Shown here one piece after another: positions 36,164 through 46,160 of a stretch of DNA of 64,000 nucleotides. The first letter of the stretch is position 1. The number at the start of each line of letters is the position of its first letter. Origin of the DNA: Patescibacteria group bacterium (GTDB lineage: Bacteria > Patescibacteriota > Microgenomatia > Daviesbacterales > UBA10151); assembly GCA_038064895.1 (NCBI GenBank), contig JBBTSA010000009.1, positions 13,595 through 77,594 of the forward strand, written 5' to 3'. Both the position numbers and the translations under genes were made by a program. The notes beneath the pieces were generated by a model. It was not told where the DNA came from, made no database searches, and saw only the letters and a list, made by a program, of their open reading frames with translations.

Positions 36164-36436
36164 TCACTTGACCAAACGCTTCAATGTCTTTCCTGCTGTA
36201 AAACCTGGAGTTTTTTTGTTGGGGATTTGTATTGTTTCTCCTGTTTGAGGATTCCTACCTCTTCTTGCAGCTCTAGCTCTTATAAGGAAAGTACCAAAAC
36301 CTGTCACTACAATCTTTTCTCCTCTCACAAGTCCATCTCTAATTAAATTAAATGTGGAATTTACACTATCTGCAGCCGCTCGTTTTGTTAAATTTGCCTT
36401 CTTTGCAACTTTCTCAATGAGTTCCTTTTTAGTCAT
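36164..36436 (-). CDS. hup: HU/IHF-family nucleoid protein
   Basis: 90 aa. '...GFGTF...RARAARRGRNPQTGE...'. Confidence 0.85.
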   Translation of the reverse strand: MTKKELIEKVAKKANLTKRAAADSVNSTFNLIRDGLVRGEKIVVTGFGTFLIRARAARRGRNPQTGETIQIPNKKTPGFTAGKTLKRLVK

Positions 36437-36474
36437 AGGACGTTTATATCAAAAGATTAGGCTTTTGTAAAGAC

Positions 36475-37821
36475 CTAAACAGTCATCACAGTTTCTGTTG
36501 CCCTTGTTTCTCTTATTGCTGTAATTTTTACAGCTCCCGGAACCATTACTTCTTTTGAAATTCTCTCTGCAATATCATGCACCAATTTAGGGAGCTCATC
36601 GTCTGTAATTTTTTCCGGAACTACAATTACTCTTACTTCTCTTCCTGCTTGTATAGCAAATGCCTTCTCAACTCCCTCAAAGGAGGTTACAATTTTTTCT
36701 ATATCATCCATTCTTTCTATATAATCCTCAACATTTTCATGCCTTGCCCCTGGTCTTCCTCCGGAAATTGCATCAGCAATGTATACCAATATAGATTCAA
36801 TTGAGGAAAAAGGGTTATCCTCATGATGTTCTGCAATACAGTTTATAACTTCTTGGGGCATATGGAATTTCTTGGCAACTTGTACTCCTTTTTCAACATG
36901 AGTCCCCTCATCACCTTCTGTCACAACCTTACCCACATCATGGAGTAAACAACCGAGTCTGACCACATTGGCGTCTGCCCCAATTGCTTTAGCCAGGGCA
37001 ACACCTATTCTGGTTTCTTCCAGTGTATGTTGGATTAGATTTTGACCAAATGAAAATCTATATTTAAAACGTCCCAACAAAGTTACAAGTTCTGCAGGCA
37101 AATTATAAACTCCTGCATCCTTGCAAAGTTTTTCCCCTTCCTCAAGCATGATCTTTTCAAAGTCTTGTTTTGTTTTTTCAACAATTTCCTCAATTCTTTG
37201 AGGCTGAATTCTGCCATCAGCAATAAGTCTTTCCAGTGCAACTCTTGCAATTTCCCGTCTAACAGAGTCAAATGATGAAAGAATTAAACTATTGGGTATT
37301 TCATCATCCATGATTACATCAACTCCTGTTGCTTGTTCAAATGTCCTTATATTTCTTCCTTCTTTTCCGATGATTCTTCCTTTAACCTCTTCATCCTGCA
37401 ACTTTATTCTTGAGGTTGTAAATTCTGAAATATAATCTGTAAAACCATGTTGCATAGCTTCAGTTAAAATCTCTTTTGCTCTCTCATTTGCTTGCAGTTT
37501 TATTTCTTCCTCTGCCTCAATCACCTTTTTGGATATCTCAACAGATAAATCTTTATCTACTTGTTCAAGCAGAATCTTTTTTGCCTCATCGGCAGACATT
37601 TTTGCGGATTTTTCAAGCTTATCTACTAAATCTTTTCTGGCTTTCTCAAGCTGTTCGAGTTTTTCATCAACGAGTTTTTGTTTTTCAACAATCTGCCTTT
37701 CACGCTCTTCTAAAATACCTTCGCGTTTTGCCTGCTCCGCCGCAAGGCGAGCAAGTTCTGTTGAATCAATACCAGAAGGAGCACCGCTAATTTGCGATTT
37801 AGGACCAAATGTTCTTTGCAT
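36475..37821 (-). CDS. rny: Ribonuclease Y (KH + HD domains)
   Basis: KH motif 'GKEGRNIRTFEQATGVDVIMDD'. HD motif 'LLHDVGK'. Coiled-coil N-terminus. Confidence 0.8.
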   Translation of the reverse strand: MQRTFGPKSQISGAPSGIDSTELARLAAEQAKREGILEERERQIVEKQKLVDEKLEQLEKARKDLVDKLEKSAKMSADEAKKILLEQVDKDLSVEISKKVIEAEEEIKLQANERAKEILTEAMQHGFTDYISEFTTSRIKLQDEEVKGRIIGKEGRNIRTFEQATGVDVIMDDEIPNSLILSSFDSVRREIARVALERLIADGRIQPQRIEEIVEKTKQDFEKIMLEEGEKLCKDAGVYNLPAELVTLLGRFKYRFSFGQNLIQHTLEETRIGVALAKAIGADANVVRLGCLLHDVGKVVTEGDEGTHVEKGVQVAKKFHMPQEVINCIAEHHEDNPFSSIESILVYIADAISGGRPGARHENVEDYIERMDDIEKIVTSFEGVEKAFAIQAGREVRVIVVPEKITDDELPKLVHDIAERISKEVMVPGAVKITAIRETRATETVMTV

Positions 37822-37851
37822 TATCAGTAGCCTCTTTCATATGGCAGTATT

Positions 37852-38517
37852 CTACATCTTTCTGAAAAAATTTTCAATGACGCTCTTGACAACTTCGTAT
37901 TCAAACCCTCTTCTTAAAAGGTATTCATAGCTCTTTTTCTTGAGTTCTAATGGGGATAGATTCTTCCATCTATCAATTTTCTTTTGTAAAAGTTTTTCCG
38001 CTGTTTCCTGATTGTTGACTGACGACTGTTGACTGACGACTTCTGCAATAATCTCCCTATTAATCCCTTTTTGTAAAAGTTCCTGCTTTATTCTTCGAGA
38101 GCCATATTTTCTTAATCTGCTTTCCATCCATGCAATGGCAAATTGCTTATCATCCAACATTCCTTTCTTCTTCATTAATTGAACGACCGCATCAACAATA
38201 AAAATACTCATTTCCCCTTCCCCTTTTATTTTTCTTTTAAATGACAGATTTTTAAGATAATCTCTAACTTCTTTTTCAGACCTTTGTCTGATTGTAAATA
38301 ATCGATACATTCTTTCCATTAGTTTTCCGACTTCTGCTTCTTGTAGAAGTTTTTCCAGATCATCTGGGGAGATTTCTTTACCAGCAACCAGCCGGTGATC
38401 AACTATCAAATCTTCATCAGCTCCAAAAGCAAAAATACCATCAAGATAAATATTAAATCTATGGGTCCGCCGGCTGGCGGATTTCTTTTGCGGTTCAACT
38501 GAAGTAACTTTGGGCAT
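37852..38517 (-). CDS. recX: RecX regulatory protein
   Basis: Immediately downstream of recA. Helical repeat protein. 221 aa. Confidence 0.7.
   Translation of the reverse strand: MPKVTSVEPQKKSASRRTHRFNIYLDGIFAFGADEDLIVDHRLVAGKEISPDDLEKLLQEAEVGKLMERMYRLFTIRQRSEKEVRDYLKNLSFKRKIKGEGEMSIFIVDAVVQLMKKKGMLDDKQFAIAWMESRLRKYGSRRIKQELLQKGINREIIAEVVSQQSSVNNQETAEKLLQKKIDRWKNLSPLELKKKSYEYLLRRGFEYEVVKSVIENFFRKM
38013..38040. repeat. 14-nt tandem duplication (TGTTGACTGACGAC)x2 inside recX
   Basis: Seen directly. Confidence 0.8.
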
Positions 38518-38533
38518 TACAGGAGCAGGATCC

Positions 38534-39589
38534 TTAAACTGCTTCTTCTACTACCGTTTCTTCTTTACCTACCACTATCTCTTTACCCATCTTTTTCTTA
38601 CCCCAAGCTTCTCTTATTTCCTTTTCCAACTTATCTGCTTCTTTTTTATTAGTCCTTAAAAAATCTATTGCTGCCGGCCTTCCTTGACCCACTATCTTTT
38701 CATCCCATTTGATAAATGCCCCAGATTTTTGTAGAATGCCCAGTTCTATTCCTATATCCAAAAGTTCACCTTCATGTGATATGCCTTGATCATCCATATC
38801 GAACTCTGCAATTCTAAAGGGTGGCGCAACTTTATTTTTTACAACTTTAACCCTATGTCTTGAACCAATAACATTATCACCATCTTTAATATTTTCAATT
38901 TTTCTTACATCTAGTCTTATTGATGTATAAAACTTTAGAGCCAAACCTCCGGGTGTAGTTTCAGGATTGCCAAACATTATCCCTATTTTTTGACGAAGTT
39001 GGTTTGTGAAAATTATAATTGTATTAGTATTGGAAACTGCACCAGTTAGCTTTCTTAAAGCCTGCGACATTAAACGCGCTTGCATACCCATTACCGCATC
39101 TCCCATCTCTCCCTCAAGTTCTGCTCTTGGAACTAAAGCTGCAACAGAATCTATAACTAAAACATCAATGCCTCCGGAACGGATTAAAGCCTCTGCAATT
39201 TCTAAACCTTGCTCACCTGTATCCGGTTGAGATATCAACAAATCATCAAGATTCACCCCAATTTTTTGGGCTCTTTGCGGATCCAAGGCATGCTCTGCAT
39301 CAATAAATGCTGCAACTCCTCCTCGTTTTTGAGCTTCAGCAATAACATGAAGTGCAACAGTTGTTTTACCTGATGCTTCGGGGCCAAAAATCTCAATAAT
39401 ACGACCTTTTGGTAAACCTCCAACTCCTAATGCTAAATCTAGGGCAATAGAACCTGTGGGGATAATTTGGGTAGTTAGTTTTTCTGCCCGCTCACCCAAA
39501 CGCATTATGGAACCAGTACCGTATTGTTTTTGGATCTGGGCCATTGCAGCAACAATTGCTGCTTTTCTTGCCTCATCATTTCCAGCCAT
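38534..39589 (-). CDS. recA: Recombinase A
   Basis: Walker A 'GPEASGKTT'. Conserved L1/L2 regions. Confidence 0.95.
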   Translation of the reverse strand: MAGNDEARKAAIVAAMAQIQKQYGTGSIMRLGERAEKLTTQIIPTGSIALDLALGVGGLPKGRIIEIFGPEASGKTTVALHVIAEAQKRGGVAAFIDAEHALDPQRAQKIGVNLDDLLISQPDTGEQGLEIAEALIRSGGIDVLVIDSVAALVPRAELEGEMGDAVMGMQARLMSQALRKLTGAVSNTNTIIIFTNQLRQKIGIMFGNPETTPGGLALKFYTSIRLDVRKIENIKDGDNVIGSRHRVKVVKNKVAPPFRIAEFDMDDQGISHEGELLDIGIELGILQKSGAFIKWDEKIVGQGRPAAIDFLRTNKKEADKLEKEIREAWGKKKMGKEIVVGKEETVVEEAV

Positions 39590-39651
39590 GCTGACTTTAT
39601 AGCAGATTTTTCAAATCCAAACAATACCCCAAATCTGGTAAAATAAATCCT

Positions 39652-39726
39652 CGGGGTGTAGGTCATCGGTAGACCGCTCGGATGGGGTCCGAGAAGTAGC
39701 AAGTTCAATTCTTGTCACCCCGACCA
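39652..39726 (+). tRNA. tRNA-Pro (anticodon GGG) with encoded CCA
   Basis: Manual cloverleaf. Acceptor CGGGGTG/CACCCCG with C1-G72 and A73. D-stem GGTC/GACC. Anticodon stem CTCGG/CCGAG with loop ATGGGGT (G37). T-arm GCAAG-TTCAATT-CTTGT. CCA at 39724-39726. The track ORFs 39505-39793 on the minus strand are spurious. Confidence 0.7.
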
Positions 39727-39731
39727 AAAAA

Positions 39732-40505
39732 ATGAAACTTATTTGTCTAAATATTTGGGGAGGGAAAAAATACGAGCCTTTAATGGACTTCATTAAGAAG
39801 GCCTCTGAAGATACTGATATCTTTTGTTTTCAAGAGGTTTTCAAAAACTCTGCCAATAGGAAAGAAAATATCTTTAGAATAAATATTTACAATGAAATTT
39901 CAAAAATCCTTTTAAATTATAATTCTTATTACGCTTCTTCTTTAAATAATTGGATTGTGACTCGCCAAGAGGTTAAGAAAACAAAATTCAAATTATCTTA
40001 CGGGGTATCAATCTTTATAAAGAAAGATATAAAAGTTGATTCGTATGGAGACTTTTTTTTATTTGGAGGTGTTGATACTTTTGATCCCTCTGATCTTAAT
40101 ACACTTCCAAGAAATGCCCAGTATGTAACTTTCATAAATAAAGGCATGAGATATATTATTTGTAATGTTCATGGAATTTGGAATAAAGCAGGTAAAAATG
40201 ATTCTCCTTCAAGGATTAACCAATCTCAAAAGATTAAAGAGTTTCTTGAAAATCATCAGGGAGGAAAAATACTAGTAGGAGATTTTAATTTAGATATTAA
40301 TACAAAAAGTATAAAAATACTTGAGGAAGATTTTAGAAATTTAATTAAAGAATATAATATTCCAACAACCAGAAATAAATATTTTCCAGGTAATGAGAAA
40401 TTTGCAGATTATGTATTTGTGTCTTCAGAAATCAAAATTATGGATTTCCAGGTTCCAAATATTGAGGTATCCGACCACCTTCCTTTGACTGTTGAATTTT
40501 ATTAG
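39732..40505 (+). CDS. Endonuclease/exonuclease/phosphatase (EEP) family protein
   Basis: 'KLICLNIWGG', 'FCFQEV', and a C-terminal 'SDHLPL'. Confidence 0.7.
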   Translation: MKLICLNIWGGKKYEPLMDFIKKASEDTDIFCFQEVFKNSANRKENIFRINIYNEISKILLNYNSYYASSLNNWIVTRQEVKKTKFKLSYGVSIFIKKDIKVDSYGDFFLFGGVDTFDPSDLNTLPRNAQYVTFINKGMRYIICNVHGIWNKAGKNDSPSRINQSQKIKEFLENHQGGKILVGDFNLDINTKSIKILEEDFRNLIKEYNIPTTRNKYFPGNEKFADYVFVSSEIKIMDFQVPNIEVSDHLPLTVEFY

Positions 40506-40529
40506 GAAATAAAATATTATTATTGATCT

Positions 40530-41087
40530 ATGGCCATGGAATCATCAATGCTACCGTTGGGAACAACTGCGCCTAACTTTTCCTTAACTGATGTTTCATC
40601 AAACAATACTATTTCCATTTCTGATTTCGCAAATAAAAAAGCTTTTCTTGTTATGTTTATTTGTAGACATTGTCCTTATGTTAAACATGTACAGGAAGAG
40701 CTGGCCAGGATAGGTAAAGATTATACGGATAAAGATATCGGTATAGTTGCAATTTCTTCAAATGATATTGAAAGCTACCCCGAAGATGCACCTGATTCTT
40801 TAAAAGAACAAGCTACACAGTTAGAATTTAGCTTTCCTTACCTTTATGATGAATCACAAGATGTTGCAAGGGCATATACTGCGGTTTGCACCCCTGACTT
40901 ATTTCTTTTTGATAAGGAAAGAAAACTTGTATACAGAGGACAATTGGATGATTCAAGACCAGATAGTAGTGTTCCTGTAACTGGAAAAGATTTGAGAGCA
41001 GCGATTGATGCTGTATTAAACAGCCAACCAGTTGACCAGAATCAAAAACCTAGTGTAGGTTGTAGCATAAAGTGGAAAAACACCTAA
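40530..41087 (+). CDS. Thioredoxin-fold redoxin / peroxiredoxin-like protein (CxxC)
   Basis: 'APNFSLTD...FLVMFICRHCPYV' has an AhpC/TSA-like arrangement. Confidence 0.55.
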   Translation: MAMESSMLPLGTTAPNFSLTDVSSNNTISISDFANKKAFLVMFICRHCPYVKHVQEELARIGKDYTDKDIGIVAISSNDIESYPEDAPDSLKEQATQLEFSFPYLYDESQDVARAYTAVCTPDLFLFDKERKLVYRGQLDDSRPDSSVPVTGKDLRAAIDAVLNSQPVDQNQKPSVGCSIKWKNT

Positions 41088-41353
41088 ACATAAAAATTCA
41101 TGGTCAGGTCCAAGGGGTATTTTTCAGAGTTTCAGCAAAAGAAGAAGCGGAAAAATTAGGAATTTCCGGATTTGTAAGAAATGAAAGGGATGGAACTGTT
41201 TATATAGAAGTAGAAGGGGAAGAGGAAAATTTAAATAAATTTGTGAAATGGTGTCACAATGGCCCCGAACATGCACAAGTAGATAAAGTAGAAGTCATCG
41301 AAGATCCGCTTAAAAATTTTTCAGATTTTAACAGAGATTTTGTTGATTATTAA
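41072..41353 (+). CDS. acyP: Acylphosphatase
   Basis: 'IHGQVQGVFFRVSA...GFVRNERDGTVYIEVEG'. Confidence 0.8.
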   Translation: MEKHLNIKIHGQVQGVFFRVSAKEEAEKLGISGFVRNERDGTVYIEVEGEEENLNKFVKWCHNGPEHAQVDKVEVIEDPLKNFSDFNRDFVDY

Positions 41354-41375
41354 CCCTTCGACTTCGCTCAAGGCT

Positions 41376-42536
41376 TTAGACTACTTTTTCCCAGGGGAAT
41401 TCGTCGCGGCCAAAGTGGCCATAAGAAGCTGTTGGTAAATAAATAGGTCTCTGCAGGTCAAGGCCCTCCAAAATTCCTGCAACTGAAGTATCTAAAATTT
41501 TATTCATAAAAGAAAGGATTAGTTTATGAGATTTTTTACTAGTTCCAAAAGTTTCAACATCCTGCATTGTTGGCTTTTTTGCTCCAATAAAATATGCAAG
41601 CCTTACTTCTGCCTTATCTGCTAAACCGGAAGCCACAATATTTTTTGCCAAAAATCTTGCTGCATAAGCTCCACCCCTATCCACTTTTGATGGTTCTTTT
41701 CCTGAAAAACAGCCTCCCCCAACCCTTGCATATCCGCCATATGTATCAACTACAATTTTTCTTCCTGTTAACCCACAATCTGACGCAGGTCCACCGTTAT
41801 GCCAAATACCCGTACCATTAACAATTAACTCCCCTCTTTTAATTTTAAATCCAAACATTTCCAAAACCGGGATAACTATAAAATTAAAAACATCATCCTT
41901 AACCTGATCAAGCTTTACAGATTCCTCATGAGGTATTGCAATAACTACTTGTATAACTTTGTGTGGTTTACCATCTCTATACTCTATAGTTACTTGAGAT
42001 TTCCCATCTGGACGCAGATATTTAACTATATTTTCCTCTCTTACTTGATCTATTCTTTTTGTCAGAGCATGTGCAATCATAATGGGAAGAGGCATTAGGC
42101 TTTTGGTTTCCTTGCATGCAAAACCAAACATCATGCCTTGATCTCCTGCACCCTTCTTTTTTACCCCCACTGCAATTTCCGGAGATTGTTCATGTACAAA
42201 AAGTTCAATTGGGGACTTATCTGAAAAATTAAATTTTGGATCCGTATATCCCAATCTTTTTATTTGATCTCTGGCAATTTGTTCATAATCTACCTTTGCC
42301 TTTGCCCCTATTTCTCCTGCTATTATTAATCTGTTATTTCCGGCTAAACATTCAATAGCAGTTCTGCCTTGAGGATCTTGAGCCAAGACTGCATCTAAGA
42401 TTGCATCAGAAACCTGATCACAGATTTTATCTGAATGACCACTGCAAACTGATTCTGATGTAAAAGTTGTTATACCATTTTTCATTAAAAAACCTCCCAT
42501 CAAAGAGAGGTCCAAAGTTTGCCCTAAATGGACCAC
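41376..42536 (-). CDS. metK: S-adenosylmethionine synthetase. The probable start is the ATG at 42485, whose product begins 'MKNGITTFTSESV'.
   Basis: 'GGCFSGKEPSKVDRGGAYAARFLAKNIVASGLA' is the MetK signature. Confidence 0.95.
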   Translation of the reverse strand: MVHLGQTLDLSLMGGFLMKNGITTFTSESVCSGHSDKICDQVSDAILDAVLAQDPQGRTAIECLAGNNRLIIAGEIGAKAKVDYEQIARDQIKRLGYTDPKFNFSDKSPIELFVHEQSPEIAVGVKKKGAGDQGMMFGFACKETKSLMPLPIMIAHALTKRIDQVREENIVKYLRPDGKSQVTIEYRDGKPHKVIQVVIAIPHEESVKLDQVKDDVFNFIVIPVLEMFGFKIKRGELIVNGTGIWHNGGPASDCGLTGRKIVVDTYGGYARVGGGCFSGKEPSKVDRGGAYAARFLAKNIVASGLADKAEVRLAYFIGAKKPTMQDVETFGTSKKSHKLILSFMNKILDTSVAGILEGLDLQRPIYLPTASYGHFGRDEFPWEKVV

Positions 42537-42620
42537 ATCCCCCGATTCTACATCGGGGTTGGCACCTTTACTTTCAGGTTGCCGCCCCCCGCCTTTGGCG
42601 GGGAAACTCTTGATGCATTT
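42486..42620 (-). promoter_or_regulatory. SAM-riboswitch-like leader of metK (SAM-I/SAM-IV clan)
   Basis: Minus-strand read shows P1 'CAUCAAGAG' paired with 'CUCUUUGAUG'. P3 hairpin 'CCCCGCCAAAGGCGGGG'. Conserved 'GGCAACC' and 'GGUGCCAA'. The P1 3' strand abuts the SD 'GGGAGG' followed by a U6 run. Confidence 0.5.
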
Positions 42621-42640
42621 AATAGTAAACCATAAACTCT

Positions 42641-44056
42641 CTATTTTTGCAAGTTTTCAAACTTCGCATGTTTTTCTATAATTTCAACCAATTCTGTTTT
42701 CTTACCATGAATATCACCTGTTTGGTGAGTTTCAACATTTAATCTTAGAAGTGGCTCCGTATTAGAAGTTCGAAGTGAAAATCTCCAGTCAGGATAATTT
42801 ATAGCTATCCCATCAAGATCTGATAACTGCCCATCTTCGTAAGCTTCCTTGACCTTTTCCATTATTTCAGTTGCATTTTGTACCCTAAAATTTATCTCAC
42901 CTGATTCGTGAGATACTTTTACCTCACTTGCAAGTTCTGATAATTTTTTGCCTGTTACACTCATACGTGCAACAATCATAATTACAACAGGCATAGGGGC
43001 CTCAGCCCCTCCTGTCTCACTAAAATAGTAGTGTCCTGATGCTTCACCTGCAAATAAACCCTCATTTTTGTGCATAGCTTCTGTAATAAAAGCATGCCCT
43101 GTCTTAGTAATAACCATTTCTCCGCCAAACTCTTCAATTGATTTTCTGGGAGTAAAAATATACTTTAGATCAACTAAAATCTTAGCTCCTTTGTGTGTTT
43201 TTAAAAGCTCTCTTGAAACCAAAGCAATTATTTGTGCGGGGGGGACAATTTCTCCTCTTTCATCTATAAAGAAAATTCTATCTCCGTCACCATCAGGGGC
43301 TAGACCTAAATCAGCTTTTTCTTCAACAACTCTTTTTTGTAAATCTCCTAAGGTTTCAAACTGCAGAGGATCGGGCTGATGAACTGGGAAAGTTCCATCC
43401 AGTTCAAAGTTCATTTTTATTAAATTTCCAGGGATTTTTTCAAATAAAGCTTCTAGATATGTTGCACCCATTGCATTTGCTGGATCTGCCACAATCTTAA
43501 ATTTCTTGATTTCAGGATTTCCTGCAATTTTTAAAGCATTCTCAACTTCCTCCTTAACAACTTCTTCCTTTTGAGTAATGGTTCCTCCATCTACATCAGA
43601 AAGGTCCACACCTTCTATACTCATCCTTCTAATTTCATCCATCCCTGTATTCTTACCAATTTTTACAAGTCCTGAAGGAAATCTCCTAACTATTTTTATT
43701 CCGTTATATTCTTTTGGATTGTGGGATGCTGTAATCTGTATCCCACCATCATAACCATATTTAAAAACAGCAAAGTAAAAGGTCGGTGTTGAGACAATTC
43801 CCAAATCTACAACTTTTGCTCCAAGTTCCACCAAAGTCTTGGAAACTGCATCAAATATAGTAGGAGAAGAAAGTCTCATATCTCGTCCTATTGCAACTAC
43901 TAAAGGTTTTGAAGATCCAAGTTGGTCGGAAATTACTTTATAAATTGCTCTGGTAATTGGAACAGCAAACTTTTCATTTAACTCATCAGGATAAATTCCT
44001 CTAATATCATAGCTTTTAAAAATCTTTTCAGGTGGTATAGTAGATATCATGAGCAA
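42641..44056 (-). CDS. Phosphoglucomutase/phosphomannomutase family protein
   Basis: Active-site 'TASHNPKEYNGIK'. Mg loop 'DGDGDR'. Confidence 0.8.
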   Translation of the reverse strand: MLMISTIPPEKIFKSYDIRGIYPDELNEKFAVPITRAIYKVISDQLGSSKPLVVAIGRDMRLSSPTIFDAVSKTLVELGAKVVDLGIVSTPTFYFAVFKYGYDGGIQITASHNPKEYNGIKIVRRFPSGLVKIGKNTGMDEIRRMSIEGVDLSDVDGGTITQKEEVVKEEVENALKIAGNPEIKKFKIVADPANAMGATYLEALFEKIPGNLIKMNFELDGTFPVHQPDPLQFETLGDLQKRVVEEKADLGLAPDGDGDRIFFIDERGEIVPPAQIIALVSRELLKTHKGAKILVDLKYIFTPRKSIEEFGGEMVITKTGHAFITEAMHKNEGLFAGEASGHYYFSETGGAEAPMPVVIMIVARMSVTGKKLSELASEVKVSHESGEINFRVQNATEIMEKVKEAYEDGQLSDLDGIAINYPDWRFSLRTSNTEPLLRLNVETHQTGDIHGKKTELVEIIEKHAKFENLQK

Positions 44057-44525
44057 ATTATTTGAAAAATTCTGGGCTTGGTATGAAAGACATTATACCC
44101 TAAATGTAACAATTGCTGCCATACTCTTTACTTTGCAGATTGTTCACCTTTATTGGCTAACAACCCATGTTGTAACAGTAAGACTTTGGAGGTTGGATCT
44201 TTTTTCTCCGCCACCCTTTTGGGAAACAATCATTATAATTATAGATTACACGGAAATTCCTGCAATTATTACAACATCTTTAGTTTATATAAATGATCTA
44301 AGAAAAGGGTATAAATTTAAGCCATTACTTTATCTGTTTTTCCTAGATATCCAACTTCTTCATATTTTCTGGATAACAGATGAATTTGTTTTGGAAACTT
44401 TCACAGGAGTAAATGGTGAAACCATACTACCAACATGGCTTGCCTGGATAGCAATTCTAATTGATTATCTAGAACTTCCGGTAATCTTTGAAACAGTCTA
44501 TAAAGCATTACTTAGATTTAAATAA
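44049..44525 (+). CDS. Small 4-TM membrane protein, hypothetical
   Basis: ORF with hydrophobic helices. Confidence 0.4.
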   Translation: MSKLFEKFWAWYERHYTLNVTIAAILFTLQIVHLYWLTTHVVTVRLWRLDLFSPPPFWETIIIIIDYTEIPAIITTSLVYINDLRKGYKFKPLLYLFFLDIQLLHIFWITDEFVLETFTGVNGETILPTWLAWIAILIDYLELPVIFETVYKALLRFK

Positions 44526-44610
44526 TACAAAATAGGTTCAATTCCAGCGCTAACAGCTTTGCTGATGAGTTTTCTTGCTCGCTGAGTTAACATAGGTCTT
44601 TCTGTTTCCA

Positions 44611-45339
44611 TCAGTCGTCACCCCCTTTCAAAATTTCTCTTGAACTTGCTTGTGCCAAAATCTGCATGGTATCTAATATTTCAACTTGAGGATGGTTTTT
44701 AATAATCAGCTGTAAATCTGTACAGGCCAAAAGAATCTTCTCAGCTCCACTTCTAATCAATTTTGCTATCGTCTGATTTACCTTAGCTTTATCTCTAGGT
44801 AAATTTTTTCCATTTATAATTTTGTAGATTATTTTGTCCAAAACGCTTTGATCTTTTTTGTTTAAAATAATTTGCTCTATTCCGTTATCTTTTAATGTAT
44901 TACCAAATAAATCATTCTTAATAGTTTTTGATGTTGCTAAAATTCCTACCTTTTTAATATTTTCATCTTTTAAAGTTTTTATAGCTTCATCAATGATGCT
45001 TAGTGTTGGAATATTTACTGACCTTCTTATGTCTTCTATAAAAATATGTAGGGTGTTGCAGGGCATGACTAGAAAATCAGCTCCCGCACTTTCTAAAATT
45101 TTTGCAGCGCTTTTTAAAAGTGGCAAAAATAATTTTTCATCTCCATTTTTTGTAATAACTTCCCTTTCCATTTTTAAATCTACAGGAACATTCCATGATA
45201 AAAATGGCGGTCTTTTATTTTTATTGTTTTTTAAACAGAAGAAAATTACTTCCAGTTGAAACTTTGCTGAAGTTTCAGGTCCTAATCCTCCTATTATTCC
45301 TAAAGTTTTCATATTTTTTCCCACAAAAAAACCTCCCAA
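44611..45339 (-). CDS. Aspartate/glutamate racemase family protein. The probable start is the ATG at 45312, whose product begins 'MKTLGIIGG'.
   Basis: 'GIIGGLGPETS'. The two catalytic Cys sit in 'MPCNTLH' and 'LACTDL'. Confidence 0.75.
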   Translation of the reverse strand: MGGFFVGKNMKTLGIIGGLGPETSAKFQLEVIFFCLKNNKNKRPPFLSWNVPVDLKMEREVITKNGDEKLFLPLLKSAAKILESAGADFLVMPCNTLHIFIEDIRRSVNIPTLSIIDEAIKTLKDENIKKVGILATSKTIKNDLFGNTLKDNGIEQIILNKKDQSVLDKIIYKIINGKNLPRDKAKVNQTIAKLIRSGAEKILLACTDLQLIIKNHPQVEILDTMQILAQASSREILKGGDD

Positions 45340-45348
45340 TTTGGGAGG
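45323..45348 (-). terminator. Rho-independent terminator CCTCCCAA-A-TTGGGAGG followed by T7 on the minus strand. It ends the DUF218 gene transcript just upstream of the racemase start.
   Basis: Seen directly. Confidence 0.55.
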
Positions 45349-45507
45349 TCTGTTGTGTAAATCAATAATAAGATTACTTATTACGTGCTGTGCTTATTTT
45401 TAAGCACCAAAACAACAACCTCCCTTTGGAGAGGATAGCAATACCATTGATTGTTGTTTTGTATTTTCATACATTGATTAGTATATCACAAAAAATTAAC
45501 CTGTCAA

Positions 45508-46152
45508 CTATGGGGTATTCACCCAAATTGCTCTAATGCTTTCTGATAACTCCTGATGTTCCTCATCCATTATTCCTCCATTATAAGCTGGATTCCTATC
45601 ATAAATATATCTTTCAAAAAAAGCTAAATCTCCTTTTCTAACTCCTACAAAAAGTCTTTGGTAAAACTTTAGTATTTCTTCTTCATGTCTTCTCCATTTA
45701 TCTAATTCTTGTTCTGTAATACCAGAATTTGGAGCTTCAATATAACTTATTTGATACATCCCATCCAAAACGCTATCAAATATATATCTTGCTTTTAGCA
45801 TATGAAACTCATTTGTTACAATGGTTGGTTCAGTCCAACCTTTGCGGTCAAGTAATGCTACTCTTAAGAAAAAAGCATTACCAACTGTATCCATTGAATT
45901 TTCTTCAACAAAGAGTTGATTTTCTGTTAGACCTCTTCCAAGAAGATACATCTTTCCCGCCTCAGCCTCTGTAGTTGAGTGAGGTATTGGATCTCTGTAT
46001 GTTCCTTTACTCGTTGTAATGACTGCTACAAAATCCCCATTCATATATAGATCATAAGCTGTATCTAAACGAGCTTTTACTCTTAATGGGATTTTATCTT
46101 GTACCTCCAAGCCCCCACTTAAACAAATTATTACTGCTCTGTTCCTTTCCAT
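45508..46152 (-). CDS. DUF218 (YdcF/ElyC-like) domain protein
   Basis: 'AVIICLSGG...AVITTSKGT...STTEAEAGKMYLLGRGL...EENSMDTVGNAFF' matches the DUF218 blocks. Confidence 0.55.
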   Translation of the reverse strand: MERNRAVIICLSGGLEVQDKIPLRVKARLDTAYDLYMNGDFVAVITTSKGTYRDPIPHSTTEAEAGKMYLLGRGLTENQLFVEENSMDTVGNAFFLRVALLDRKGWTEPTIVTNEFHMLKARYIFDSVLDGMYQISYIEAPNSGITEQELDKWRRHEEEILKFYQRLFVGVRKGDLAFFERYIYDRNPAYNGGIMDEEHQELSESIRAIWVNTP

Positions 46153-46160
46153 AAAATAAA

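Noticed and set aside
37476-37930. Plus-strand ORFs of 104 and 133 aa
   Set aside because: They are antisense to rny and low complexity (Ser/Leu/Phe-rich).
39505-39793. Two minus-strand ORFs (67 and 60 aa)
   Set aside because: They overlap a well-folded tRNA-Pro(GGG) on the plus strand and the recA/tRNA divergent promoter region.
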